DNA of 64,000 bases from an uncultured Ventosimonas sp. (GTDB taxonomy: Bacteria; Pseudomonadota; Gammaproteobacteria; Pseudomonadales; Pseudomonadaceae), in assembly GCA_946480835.1 (NCBI GenBank), contig CAMLLC010000010.1:2858-66857 (forward strand), given 5' to 3'. This document shows, in pieces, positions 28,340-38,445 of the stretch. The notes under the pieces are model-generated. The model did no database searches. It was not told the origin of the DNA and worked only from the letters and a program-made list of their open reading frames with translations. The stretch's first letter is position 1, and the number at the start of each line of letters is the position of its first letter. Made by a program: the position numbers and the translations under genes.

Positions 28340-30376
28340 GTGCAAAAAGATAATCCACTTTTAACCTATACTGATTTACCACCTTACTCACATATTGATG
28401 CAGAGCAGGTGGTACCCGCTATAGATAATGTATTAGCAAGCAATAGACAAGCTATCGATTCCCTATTAAAGAATCCGCCCAGTCCGTTAACTTGGGAAAA
28501 TACAGCACTGGTGTTAGATGAAATTAATGAGAAACTCAGCAAAACTTGGAGTCCAGTGAGTCATCTAAATGCTGTTATGAATAATGAAGCGTTACGTGTT
28601 GCTTATGAAGCTTGTCTACCTAAGTTATCAAGTTATTCGACTGAAATGGGACAAAATAAACCCCTCTATGAGCTTTATCAAGCACTTAATAATAGCCCTG
28701 CAGCCAACAACTTTAATACTTCACAACAAAGCATTTTAAAACATATACTAAGAGATTTTCATTTATCAGGCATTGATTTACCCCCGGCAGCACAACAACG
28801 TTATGGTGAAATCCAAGCTCAACTTGCCGAGCTTAGTAATAAATTTTCTAACCAATTATTAGATGCCACTCAAGCTTGGACTAAACACATAACCCATGAG
28901 CAAGCCTTAAAAGGTATTCCTGAATCAGCCAAACAACAGATGGCACAATCAGCCAAAGCAAAAAACTTAACCGGCTGGCTAATCACCCTTGAATATCCTT
29001 GCTATTCCGCCGTCATTACCTATGCTGATGATAGAGCCCTTAGAGAGGAGATCTATCAAGCCTATTGCACGCGCGCCTCTGATCAGGGCCCAATAGCTAA
29101 TAAATTTGATAACGGGCCTATTATGCAACAAATACTTGCCCTGCGGCATGAGCTGGCTATCTTACTAGGGTTTAATAATTATGCCGAACTATCATTAGCT
29201 GATAAAATGGCTGAAACCCCTGAGCAAGTACTTAATTTCTTAAATGATCTAGCAGAGCGCAGTAAACCTTTTGCAGAACAAGATTTAAAAGAACTTAGCA
29301 GTTTTGTAGCAGAACAAGGAATAACTACTTTGCAAAACTGGGATGTTAGCTACTATAGTGAAAAGTTAAGAGAAGCTCGTTACAGCATTTCTGATGAAGC
29401 CTTAAGAGTTTATTTTCCTATCAACAAAGTGTTAGCTGGTTTATTTAACTTGGTTAATCAACTCTATGGCATAGAAATTCATGAACTAAAAGATTTTGAT
29501 ACATGGCATCCAGACGTTAGGTTATTTGCCATCCAAGAACAAGGTAAAATTATCGGGCGCTTCTTTTTTGACCTTTATGCAAGGCCACATAAAAGAGGCG
29601 GTGCATGGATGGATGGAGCTAGAGACAGGTACCAAAATAGTCAAGGCGAGATTATCACTCCAGTTGCTAACATAGTATGTAATTTTATGCCAGCTAGCCA
29701 TGGCCAACCAGCCTTATTAACGCATGATGAAGTTACTACTTTATTCCATGAATTTGGACATGGTTTGCACCATATGCTAACCCAAGTTAATCAATTGGGA
29801 GCCTCAGGTATCAATGGGGTAGCGTGGGATGCGGTAGAGCTACCTAGCCAATTTATGGAGAACTGGTGTTGGCAAACTCAAAGCTTAGCGTTAATCTCTA
29901 GTCATTATCAAACTGGCGAGCCACTCCCTAAAGAGCTATTGGAAAAAATGCTAGCGGCCAAAAACTTTCAGTCGGCACTGATGATGGTACGGCAACTAGA
30001 ATTTTCATTATTTGATTTTGAATTACATACCCATTTTGGTGATGGTCGCACTATTGAACAAGTTTTAGCCTCTGTTAGAGAAAAAGTAGCGGTGCTAAAG
30101 CCGCCTGCTTATAATAGGTTTGCTAATAGTTTTGCCCATATCTTTGCTGGTGGCTATGCGGCAGGTTATTATAGTTATAAATGGGCTGAGCTGCTGTCTG
30201 CGGATGCTTTTTCTCGTTTTGAAGAAGAAGGTATCTTAAATAGTCAAACAGGCCGTTTATTCCGTGACACTATCTTAGCTAAAGGAGGATCACAAGAACC
30301 GCTAGCCTTGTTTATTGAGTTTCGTGGCCGTGAACCTAATATTGAAGCTTTATTACGTCATTCTGGATTAAGCTAA
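28340..30376 (+). CDS. prlC: Oligopeptidase A (M3)
   Basis: TLFHEFGHGLHH zinc motif, KRGGAWM, DAVELPSQFMENW, GYAAGYYSYKWAE. GTG start. Confidence 0.96.
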   Translation: MQKDNPLLTYTDLPPYSHIDAEQVVPAIDNVLASNRQAIDSLLKNPPSPLTWENTALVLDEINEKLSKTWSPVSHLNAVMNNEALRVAYEACLPKLSSYSTEMGQNKPLYELYQALNNSPAANNFNTSQQSILKHILRDFHLSGIDLPPAAQQRYGEIQAQLAELSNKFSNQLLDATQAWTKHITHEQALKGIPESAKQQMAQSAKAKNLTGWLITLEYPCYSAVITYADDRALREEIYQAYCTRASDQGPIANKFDNGPIMQQILALRHELAILLGFNNYAELSLADKMAETPEQVLNFLNDLAERSKPFAEQDLKELSSFVAEQGITTLQNWDVSYYSEKLREARYSISDEALRVYFPINKVLAGLFNLVNQLYGIEIHELKDFDTWHPDVRLFAIQEQGKIIGRFFFDLYARPHKRGGAWMDGARDRYQNSQGEIITPVANIVCNFMPASHGQPALLTHDEVTTLFHEFGHGLHHMLTQVNQLGASGINGVAWDAVELPSQFMENWCWQTQSLALISSHYQTGEPLPKELLEKMLAAKNFQSALMMVRQLEFSLFDFELHTHFGDGRTIEQVLASVREKVAVLKPPAYNRFANSFAHIFAGGYAAGYYSYKWAELLSADAFSRFEEEGILNSQTGRLFRDTILAKGGSQEPLALFIEFRGREPNIEALLRHSGLS

Positions 30377-30390
30377 TAGAGATATCGTTA

Positions 30391-30651
30391 ATGAACACTC
30401 CTAAAAGATTTATTGCGGGGGCTATTTGCCCTTCTTGCAAAGCAATGGATAAACTAGTTATGTGGATGGAACAGGATATCCCCCATAGACAATGTATGGC
30501 TTGTGGCTTTACAGATAGCCTTAATGAACAAGGATTGAGCACGGCTAAGGAACTATCCAGCAGAGTCAATCCCCATTCTCAACAAAACGAATCAACCGTG
30601 CAAGTTATTAAATTTTTTCCTAATCCTAACCTAAACAAACAACTACACTAA
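30391..30651 (+). CDS. YheV-family zinc-ribbon protein
   Basis: KRFIAGAICPSC...RQCMACGF; conserved position after prlC in Pseudomonas. Confidence 0.88.
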   Translation: MNTPKRFIAGAICPSCKAMDKLVMWMEQDIPHRQCMACGFTDSLNEQGLSTAKELSSRVNPHSQQNESTVQVIKFFPNPNLNKQLH

Positions 30652-30996
30652 TGAAGATAGAGAAATGAAATGGACTTTCTAATAAATTCACTCAGGGAAA
30701 CTCGACTACATCATAAATTTTTTAAAATAAAACTTATCTCAAAAAATTTCATGCCGTTGAAAGCTGCTATTTTTAACATTAAACTAATATATGGAATAAT
30801 TAACAAGTTAGTTTCCTTTTACTTAGCTACATTTGTAAATCTAGTATTTTCAATAAACTTTTTCTACCTTTTGTCTTATTTTTATCAGAGCCAATTAGTA
30901 GATAACTTCTCAAGCAAAAAGCTAACAAGCACTAATCAAATAGCTTTAAATAGCGCCCCTATTAGGCGTAACGCAAGTAATTATTGAGAGGATGCT

Positions 30997-31335
30997 ATGA
31001 CTTCGTTAATCCTGAAATGCATAATGGGTGTTATTGCAGTACTTTTAATAGCAATTTTAGCTAAATCTAAAAGTTTTTATATTGCAGGTCTAGTGCCATT
31101 ATTTCCAACTTTTGCATTAATTGCCCACTATATTGTAGGCACGGAACGTACTAGCAGTGATTTGAAAGCCACTGCATTGTTTGGTTTATTTTCGCTTATC
31201 CCTTATGCTATTTACCTGTTAGCAGTTTACTGGCTTAGTATTAAAACATCATTAGCTATAACCTTAATGATGGCTACCATTGCTTGGGTTATAACGGCTA
31301 TTATCTTATTAATTATATGGCAATATTTTCACTAA
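30997..31335 (+). CDS. glpM: GlpM-family membrane protein
   Basis: KSFYIAGLVPLFPTFALIAHYIVG, four hydrophobic segments, SD GAGG. Confidence 0.9.
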   Translation: MTSLILKCIMGVIAVLLIAILAKSKSFYIAGLVPLFPTFALIAHYIVGTERTSSDLKATALFGLFSLIPYAIYLLAVYWLSIKTSLAITLMMATIAWVITAIILLIIWQYFH

Positions 31336-31379
31336 AATGAGCAGTATTTAACTAACCTCCATCTATAAAGGGGCATTGT

Positions 31380-34300
31380 ATGTCTTGGTACAGTTGTATG
31401 ATTATTATCACCTTAGTAATTTACGCTGTATTACTTTATGGTTCTAGTATTTATGGCTTCATTCGTGCTTATCCACTAACTGCTACTTCAAGAAAACTGC
31501 TTTATAGTTTATCCCTTACTATGTATGGTAGCGCTTGGGTATTCTTTGGAATGGCAGAGAAATCTAATCACCCACTCTGGGATATATTACCCCTATTTCT
31601 AGGACCTTTTATTATTTTCATTTTCTTTTACCGAATTTTTAGTAAAATTCTCATCATAAGCCAACAAGAAAATGTCACTTCAATTCCCGATTTTATTGCT
31701 AAACGTTATGGCAATTCAAGATTACTAGCTATTTTAGTATCTCTACTTTACGTACTAGCTTTTACTCCTTATATCACCTTACAAATAAAAGCGCTCATAG
31801 ACATCATTTCTTTGGTACTACAACAAAGTGATTTCTATTCTGTTGAAACAGAGATTTACCTTACCCTTATTGTCCTACTAAGCTTAGGATTACTGATTGT
31901 TATCATAGCAGGTAGACAAGCTAACATTGTTGAATATCAATACAAAAGTTTATTATTTACTTGCGCTACAGGGGCTATATTAAAATTAATAGCTTTTATC
32001 ATGGTTGGCTTATTAGCCTGTAAATTACTTTATCAAGGCTTAGACTATCATGGACAAATTTTTACTTTTGCCACTTTTCAACAAGTATTTATAAATGATA
32101 AACCTAATATACCAGACTTAGTAGTACAAATACTGACAGTAATGATAGCTATTATTTGCTTACCCAATATATTTCAAACAGGGGCAACTAAAGCGCAAAA
32201 AACTCAAGATTTAGCTACCATTCATTGGTTCTTACCCCTCTATTTCTTATTGGTGATTGCCTGTATTATTCCTATTATCATAGTGGGTAATCTAATAACA
32301 CCTAGTATAGGCCAAAATTATTGGCTCATTACTTTGCCTATCCAAAAATCCTCCACCTTATTTACTTTAATTACCTTATTAGGAGGTTTTGCAGCGATTG
32401 TTGGAACTACCATTGCTTGCTGCTTTGCTTTATCAAGAATGGTCACTAACCATATCCTCATCAACTGTCAATCTAACATATTATCTAAAGTTTCTTTTTC
32501 ACAACTTCAAGCCTTACGCTGGTTAAGCATTATCCTCATTTTAGCGCTAGCTATGGGCTGTTATATGTGTTTATCAGTTAATATTCCCTTAAATACTATA
32601 GGATTAGTAGCTTTTGCTGGTATCATCCAATTAATTCCAGCTATGACCGGTGCTCTGTATTGGAAATTAGCTAGCAAACTTGCTGTCATTATTGGCTTAT
32701 TAGTAGGAACTGGCATTTGGTTTGTTACTCTTTTTTTACCTTTATTACTTCATCAAACTTTAGATAAATTTGTCACTGCCTCTTTACTAGAATGGCTACA
32801 ACTCTTATTACCTTTCAAACTTTCTTATATCAACTTTTGTACAGCAATCTCTTTATTAAGTAACTTTTGTTGTTTTATCTTCTTTTCACTACTTTCTAAA
32901 AAAAGAGTAACAGAACATTGGCAAGCTACCAAATTCATCAATCAAGATTCAACCCTTCCTGCTAATAATTTATTTGTTGTTAAGCTAGAGGATCTGATTT
33001 TACTTGTTTCACGCTTCATTGGAGAAAAAAAGACGCTTGAACTCTTTACCGATTTTGCCCAAAAACGAGAAATTTCGTTAGAACCTTCAAGTAGAGCAGA
33101 TCAACAATGGATCTTTTATACAGAGCACCTATTAGCTGAAAGACTTGGCTCATATACCGCAAGGGCCATGGTCAAATCAGCTCTTGAAGGTCGAGACATG
33201 CAGATGGAAGATGTGTTTTTAATAGTAGATGAAGCATCAGAAGTTTTGCATTTCAATAGAATGTTATTACAAGGAGCATTAGAACATATCACCCAAGGCA
33301 TTAGTGTTATAGACAAATCGTTACATTTAGTAGCGTGGAACAAACGCTATGTTGATTTATTTGATTATCCTGAGGGATTTATCCAAGTAGGCCGACCTAT
33401 TGCTGATATAATTTACTATAATGCAAAGCGAGGTATGTGTGGCAAAGGCAATCCTGAAGAGCATGTTATCAAACGATTAAGCTGGTTATCCCTAGGCCAA
33501 TCCCATACTTCAGAGCGACTGTTCCCAAACGGACGAGTAATAGAAATGATAGGAAATCCCATGCCCGGTGGTGGCTTTGTAACTAGCTTTACCGATATCA
33601 CAGCATTTAGGCAAGCCGAACAATCCTTACAACAAATTAATGAAAGTCTGGAACAAAGAGTTAAAGAGCGTACTAAAAAACTATCTGAGCTTAACACTGC
33701 TTTGGTAGAAGCTAAAAGTTATGCAGAACAAGCTAATGAATCAAAAACTAGATTCTTGGCCGCCGTTAGCCATGATCTTATGCAACCGCTCAATGCTGCA
33801 CGATTATTTTCTGCCTCATTATCACAAGAACTGCTACCAAACACTGCTAGAGATTTAGTCAATCATCTAGAATCCTCCTTGCACTCAGCAGAAGAACTCA
33901 TCTCAGATCTACTAGACATGTCTCGGTTAGAAAGCGGTCGAATTACCCCTAAGATACAAGTAGTAGCGCTTAATGACTTATTTGATACCCTCAATATGGA
34001 GCTATCAGCCTTAACACCTAAAGATATTACATTCAAAGTGCATAATTGCAGCCTATTTGTAAAAACCGATGGTAAACTATTAAGACGCATTATTCAAAAC
34101 TTCCTAACCAATGCCTTTAGATATGGCGATGGGCGAGTTGTATTGGGGGCAAGAAGACTCAAAGGCCAAGTTCGTATCGAAGTATGGGATCAAGGACCAG
34201 GAATACCAAAAGACAAACAAAAAGTTATCTTCGAAGAATTTAAAAGATTAGATAGCCATCAGACTAGAGCAGAAAAAGGGCTAGGCTTAGGTTTAGCCAT

Positions 34301-34847
34301 TGCCGATGGATTTTGTAAGCTACTCAATCATTCTTTATCAGTAAACTCATGGTTAGGCAAAGGTAGTGTCTTTAGTGTAACCGTTCCTATTGATGAAACA
34401 CCACTCATTCTTAATACTACCCAACTTGATGAAATGTTGAGAGAAACATCTAATATCGACCTGAAAGAAAATTCAGATATTAGTATACTTTGTGTTGACA
34501 ATGAACAATCCATTTTAACTGGTATGGAAACATTACTCAGCCGGTGGGGTTGTCAAGTAATTACGGCGCTTAATCAACAGCAATGTGCACAAGCATTAGC
34601 AAAAGGCATTAAACCTCAACTATTACTAATAGACTATCATTTAGATGATGGCTATACGGGCATTGAACTTATTCAATGGCTCAGAGAACAGCTTCATGAT
34701 CCTCTATTACCAGCTATTATCATCAGTGCTCATTATTCACCTGATGTCATTGAAAAAATAACAGCTGCGCGCTTAGAACAGATAAGAAAACCTATTAAAC
34801 CTGCCGCACTAAGAGCGTTAATTAGCCGTTATGTTTCACTAAAATAA
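31380..34847 (+). CDS. SLC5/STAC hybrid sensor histidine kinase (CrbS/MxtR type)
   Basis: N-terminal multi-TM solute-symporter-like region, STAC-like segment (LVSRFIG...TEHLLAERLGSYTARAMV), PAS (QGISVIDKSLHLVAWN), HisKA (SHDLMQPL), HATPase (NFLTNA, DQGPGI, GLGLGL) and a REC domain. Confidence 0.92.
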   Translation: MSWYSCMIIITLVIYAVLLYGSSIYGFIRAYPLTATSRKLLYSLSLTMYGSAWVFFGMAEKSNHPLWDILPLFLGPFIIFIFFYRIFSKILIISQQENVTSIPDFIAKRYGNSRLLAILVSLLYVLAFTPYITLQIKALIDIISLVLQQSDFYSVETEIYLTLIVLLSLGLLIVIIAGRQANIVEYQYKSLLFTCATGAILKLIAFIMVGLLACKLLYQGLDYHGQIFTFATFQQVFINDKPNIPDLVVQILTVMIAIICLPNIFQTGATKAQKTQDLATIHWFLPLYFLLVIACIIPIIIVGNLITPSIGQNYWLITLPIQKSSTLFTLITLLGGFAAIVGTTIACCFALSRMVTNHILINCQSNILSKVSFSQLQALRWLSIILILALAMGCYMCLSVNIPLNTIGLVAFAGIIQLIPAMTGALYWKLASKLAVIIGLLVGTGIWFVTLFLPLLLHQTLDKFVTASLLEWLQLLLPFKLSYINFCTAISLLSNFCCFIFFSLLSKKRVTEHWQATKFINQDSTLPANNLFVVKLEDLILLVSRFIGEKKTLELFTDFAQKREISLEPSSRADQQWIFYTEHLLAERLGSYTARAMVKSALEGRDMQMEDVFLIVDEASEVLHFNRMLLQGALEHITQGISVIDKSLHLVAWNKRYVDLFDYPEGFIQVGRPIADIIYYNAKRGMCGKGNPEEHVIKRLSWLSLGQSHTSERLFPNGRVIEMIGNPMPGGGFVTSFTDITAFRQAEQSLQQINESLEQRVKERTKKLSELNTALVEAKSYAEQANESKTRFLAAVSHDLMQPLNAARLFSASLSQELLPNTARDLVNHLESSLHSAEELISDLLDMSRLESGRITPKIQVVALNDLFDTLNMELSALTPKDITFKVHNCSLFVKTDGKLLRRIIQNFLTNAFRYGDGRVVLGARRLKGQVRIEVWDQGPGIPKDKQKVIFEEFKRLDSHQTRAEKGLGLGLAIADGFCKLLNHSLSVNSWLGKGSVFSVTVPIDETPLILNTTQLDEMLRETSNIDLKENSDISILCVDNEQSILTGMETLLSRWGCQVITALNQQQCAQALAKGIKPQLLLIDYHLDDGYTGIELIQWLREQLHDPLLPAIIISAHYSPDVIEKITAARLEQIRKPIKPAALRALISRYVSLK

Positions 34848-34873
34848 AAAGGGTACCTAAAGGCACCCTTTTT
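34846..34873. terminator. Bidirectional intrinsic terminator
   Basis: AAAAAGGGTACCT-aa-AGGCACCCTTTTT between the convergent kinase and gap genes. Confidence 0.8.
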
Positions 34874-34891
34874 ACTTATAGTTAACTAAAG

Positions 34892-36349
34892 CTAAGGCTT
34901 AGGTAAAGCTAGCCTTCTCACATTAGCAATATTTTCCACGATCCTAATCACTTGGGAGCTATAGCCAAATTCGTTATCATACCAAACATAGACTACAGCA
35001 TGATTAGCTGTACAGATAGTAGCTGCAGCATCTACAATACCGGCATGACGAGAGCCTATAAAGTCACTTGAAACTACCTCTGTTGAGTCAATAAAATCAA
35101 TTTGTCTATGTAAATTAGAGTATAAGGAAATATCTCTAAGATAATTGTTTAACTCTTCCCTAGAAGTAGCTTTAGCTAAGTTTAGATTAAGAATGGCTAG
35201 CGAGACATCAGGGGTAGGAACTCTGATTGCGTTGCCCGTTAACTTACCTGCAAGCTCTGGTAATGCTTTGGCAGCAGCAGTCGCGGCACCTGTTTCAGTA
35301 ATTACCATATTAAGTGGAGCGCTGCGACCACGACGACTACCTTTATGGAAATTATCAATCAAATTTTGATCATTCGTATAAGAATGCACTGTTTCTAAGT
35401 GACCATTATCAATCCCAAACTTATCATTGATAACCTTTAATACTGGCACTATAGCATTAGTAGTACAAGAAGCAGCCGATAAAATCTTATCTTCTTTGGT
35501 AATTAACTGATCATTTACGCCATATACAATATTTTTCAGTTTACCTTTACCTGGTGCTGTTAAAATTACTCTATCAACACCCTTACATTTTAAGTGTTGG
35601 CCTAAGCCCTCTTCATCGCGCCATTTACCAGTATTATCAATAACAATCGCATTATTGATACCATACTGAGTATAATCTACACTACTAGGATCAGTTGAGT
35701 AAATAACTTTAATTAGATTACCGTTAACTATTAACGTATCATCTTTTTCATTAACTAAAACGGTTCCTTTAAAAGCACCATGTATTGAATCACGCCTTAG
35801 TAAATTAGCACGTTTCTCTAAATCATCAACCGAACCCTTTCGTACCACAATAGCTCTTAATCTCAACCCATCGCCAGCACCTGTCCTTTCGATCATAATG
35901 CGTGCTAATAATCGGCCTATACGACCAAAGCCATACAGCACAACATCTGTGCCAGTTGCTGTATTAGGTTGTTTAGCAATTTGCTTATCAATAATTACCG
36001 CTAATTCTTTCCGTAAAAAATCTTTAACAGGTAAATTTTGTTGTTCTCTATATTTAACGGCTAACCGACCAAGATCTATAGTAGCTGATCCTAACTTCAA
36101 CTCACTCATCACCTTCAACAAAGGGTAAGTTTCTTTGACAGTTAACTCCGCTTCGTCACCAAAACGATAACGCGTAGCCGCATGGGCTTGTAAAATAGCA
36201 ATAACAGATTGATTAATTAGACTAAAACCGAAAATTGAGGTGATAACATGGTTATTACGATACAACTGCCCCACTAAAGGAATCATTGTTTCAGCTAAAG
36301 CTTCCCGATCAGTCCACTTAGTAAGACATTCTTGCGCTGTTTGAGACAC
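34892..36349 (-). CDS. gap: Glyceraldehyde-3-phosphate dehydrogenase, long type with N-terminal extension
   Basis: VVLYGFGRIGR, SAASCTTN catalytic Cys, WYDNEFGYS; about 135-aa N-terminal extension as in PA3001. GTG start inferred. Confidence 0.94.
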   Translation of the reverse strand: MSQTAQECLTKWTDREALAETMIPLVGQLYRNNHVITSIFGFSLINQSVIAILQAHAATRYRFGDEAELTVKETYPLLKVMSELKLGSATIDLGRLAVKYREQQNLPVKDFLRKELAVIIDKQIAKQPNTATGTDVVLYGFGRIGRLLARIMIERTGAGDGLRLRAIVVRKGSVDDLEKRANLLRRDSIHGAFKGTVLVNEKDDTLIVNGNLIKVIYSTDPSSVDYTQYGINNAIVIDNTGKWRDEEGLGQHLKCKGVDRVILTAPGKGKLKNIVYGVNDQLITKEDKILSAASCTTNAIVPVLKVINDKFGIDNGHLETVHSYTNDQNLIDNFHKGSRRGRSAPLNMVITETGAATAAAKALPELAGKLTGNAIRVPTPDVSLAILNLNLAKATSREELNNYLRDISLYSNLHRQIDFIDSTEVVSSDFIGSRHAGIVDAAATICTANHAVVYVWYDNEFGYSSQVIRIVENIANVRRLALPKP

Positions 36350-36444
36350 TAGGCACCTTCCATTTTTTTCTAAAGGAAACACAGTGCCTATATTATGCCA
36401 AAATAATGGCTATTACTTCAATGACAAAGCAATAGCCCTATTCA

Positions 36445-37350
36445 TTAAATAATCCAAATGATCCAAACTACCAAGGCTAATAACAGCCATTGTTCCAAAT
36501 AATAACGGAAGCGACTTTGTTCTTTTATTCTTTTACTGCGTTCACGTATCTTATAGAGCAAACCAAATGCTTTATTAATTCCACCGGTTTTATCACCATC
36601 GCGGTTTGGTGATGCAGCAGCAGCTACAATGTGTTTGCCAACCCAATGATTAAAGGCAGTAGCCCAACGGTATTTAAGTGGTCGATCCATGTCACAGAAG
36701 AAAATTAATCGCCTATGGTCAGTCATATTTTCTGCGTAATGGATATAGGTTTCATCAAAAATAACCCCCTCACCATCTCGCCACGAATAACGCTCACCAT
36801 CTACCTCAATAAAACATCTATCATCATTAGGTGTATCTAACCCTAAATGATAGCGTAATGAGCCTGCATAAGGATCCCTATGGGTCACTAATCTAGCCCC
36901 AGGGGGTAACTCGGTAAACATAGCTGCCTTAACAGTAGGGATATCACGTACTAATGCAGTAGTAAAAGGACATAATTCCATGGCAGAGGGATGACTTTCA
37001 CCATACCATTTAAGATAAAATCTTTTCCATCCTTTCCGAAAAAACGAATTGAAACCAGCGTCATTTAATTTATCAGAACCTTTGACGTTACCGGCCTCTA
37101 ACAGCTTAATTCCTTCTTCTTTAATCTTTTGCCAATTTTCTTTATCTTCAAATACTTTTAATTCAGGATAAATATCTGTTGAATAAAAAGGCTGGCTAGG
37201 TAGTTTAGAAGTCAAATAAAGAATACTATTAAGAGGTGCTAAAAAGGTTGAATGGTCTTTAATTTGACGTTTCCATTTATGCCTTACACGACCACGATAA
37301 TGAACAAATAAAACACTAGCAATCAACAGCGCAATAATAATTATCTTCAC
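36445..37350 (-). CDS. lpxO: Lipid A 2-hydroxylase LpxO (Fe/2OG Asp/Asn beta-hydroxylase family)
   Basis: N-terminal and C-terminal TM anchors, GWKRFYLKWYG, HRDPYAGSLRYHLGL, FDETYIH. Confidence 0.93.
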   Translation of the reverse strand: MKIIIIALLIASVLFVHYRGRVRHKWKRQIKDHSTFLAPLNSILYLTSKLPSQPFYSTDIYPELKVFEDKENWQKIKEEGIKLLEAGNVKGSDKLNDAGFNSFFRKGWKRFYLKWYGESHPSAMELCPFTTALVRDIPTVKAAMFTELPPGARLVTHRDPYAGSLRYHLGLDTPNDDRCFIEVDGERYSWRDGEGVIFDETYIHYAENMTDHRRLIFFCDMDRPLKYRWATAFNHWVGKHIVAAAASPNRDGDKTGGINKAFGLLYKIRERSKRIKEQSRFRYYLEQWLLLALVVWIIWII

Positions 37351-37459
37351 TTGTTATTCCTACCTTTTAAAAGTCTAATCAATATTATCAACTAAGATGT
37401 TAGCTAGGACAAGGTACTCATTATTTCCTTGCATAGTTGAAATATTTATTCATTTCTTA

Positions 37460-37921
37460 TTAAATAATATGAGACTCTTTGGCCAAGGCATTAAAAATGA
37501 CTAACCTTGACTTAAAGTCAACACCTTTATGATGATCGACAAAATAATTTGCTTGATGTTGTGCAACATAATTAAGCGTTTTAATAAGCTCGGGGTAAAT
37601 AGCCACTAAATCGGCGGGGGCTATATGTAATTTATTTTCAACTAAACTAAATAAACCTTCGGCCGCTTTTGCTCTATCTTCATTTTGTAAGCCCCGTAAA
37701 GTCTCAGCCAGTTTTACATAATTAGCAAAGGCTAAACCATAATAATGAAATACCTTAGTTGGCATGAAGTGTAAGCCGTCTATACAGCGCCCCACAGATT
37801 CAACAAATAAAGAAGTTAAACTATTCGTGTCTTTACCCTCAAATAAATTATATGCTTCCAAACAATCTATATCTTCTTGGTAATTTTCCCAATCAGATTC
37901 GGTTGGAATTTTATCAATCAC
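37460..37921 (-). CDS. Hypothetical 153-aa protein
   Basis: GTG start with SD AGAGGA; protein-like composition; motif DGLHFMPTKVFHYY. No family confidently recognised. Confidence 0.75.
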   Translation of the reverse strand: MIDKIPTESDWENYQEDIDCLEAYNLFEGKDTNSLTSLFVESVGRCIDGLHFMPTKVFHYYGLAFANYVKLAETLRGLQNEDRAKAAEGLFSLVENKLHIAPADLVAIYPELIKTLNYVAQHQANYFVDHHKGVDFKSRLVIFNALAKESHII

Positions 37922-38006
37922 GGTTATTTCCTCTATTCTTCATTAATCATAAAAAATATTAGTTAACAATTTAGCTTAATATATTGGCCTAAACCAAAAT
38001 TATAAT

Positions 38007-38444
38007 CTAGCTTTCTAGCAGAAATGTCACAGGCCCGTCATTAGTTAAAGCAACTTGCATAGATGCTCCAAAACGGCCTGTTGCTACTTTAGCATGTTGT
38101 TTTTTTGCTTGCTCAACCAGATAATTATATAGACATTCCCCCAAGGCAGGAGAAGCAGCGCTGGAAAAACTTGGACGTAAGCCACTTTTAGTATCAGCCG
38201 CTAGAGTAAACTGCGAAACTATTAATAAACCGCCCTGCTCCTCTATTAAAGAACGATTCATTTTATCCTTTTCATCAGCAAACATCCGATAATTAAGCAA
38301 TTTATATAATAACTTATCTGCATTGGCCTCACTATCATCTGGTTGTACGGCCACCAAGGCTAACGTGCCCTGTGTTATGGCGCCAACTATTTGACCAGCA
38401 ACAGTTACTTTAGCACTCGTTACCCGCTGAATTAACGCCCGCAT
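38007..38444 (-). CDS. dtd: D-aminoacyl-tRNA deacylase
   Basis: MRALIQRV, VSQFTL, RPSF, NDGPVT. Confidence 0.97.
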   Translation of the reverse strand: MRALIQRVTSAKVTVAGQIVGAITQGTLALVAVQPDDSEANADKLLYKLLNYRMFADEKDKMNRSLIEEQGGLLIVSQFTLAADTKSGLRPSFSSAASPALGECLYNYLVEQAKKQHAKVATGRFGASMQVALTNDGPVTFLLES

Positions 38445-38445
38445 T

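Noticed and set aside
30670-30987. 105-aa ORF between yheV and glpM
   Set aside because: Extremely AT-rich, rich in F/I/N/K/L, with no recognisable motif. It is probably an open frame in intergenic or decayed DNA.
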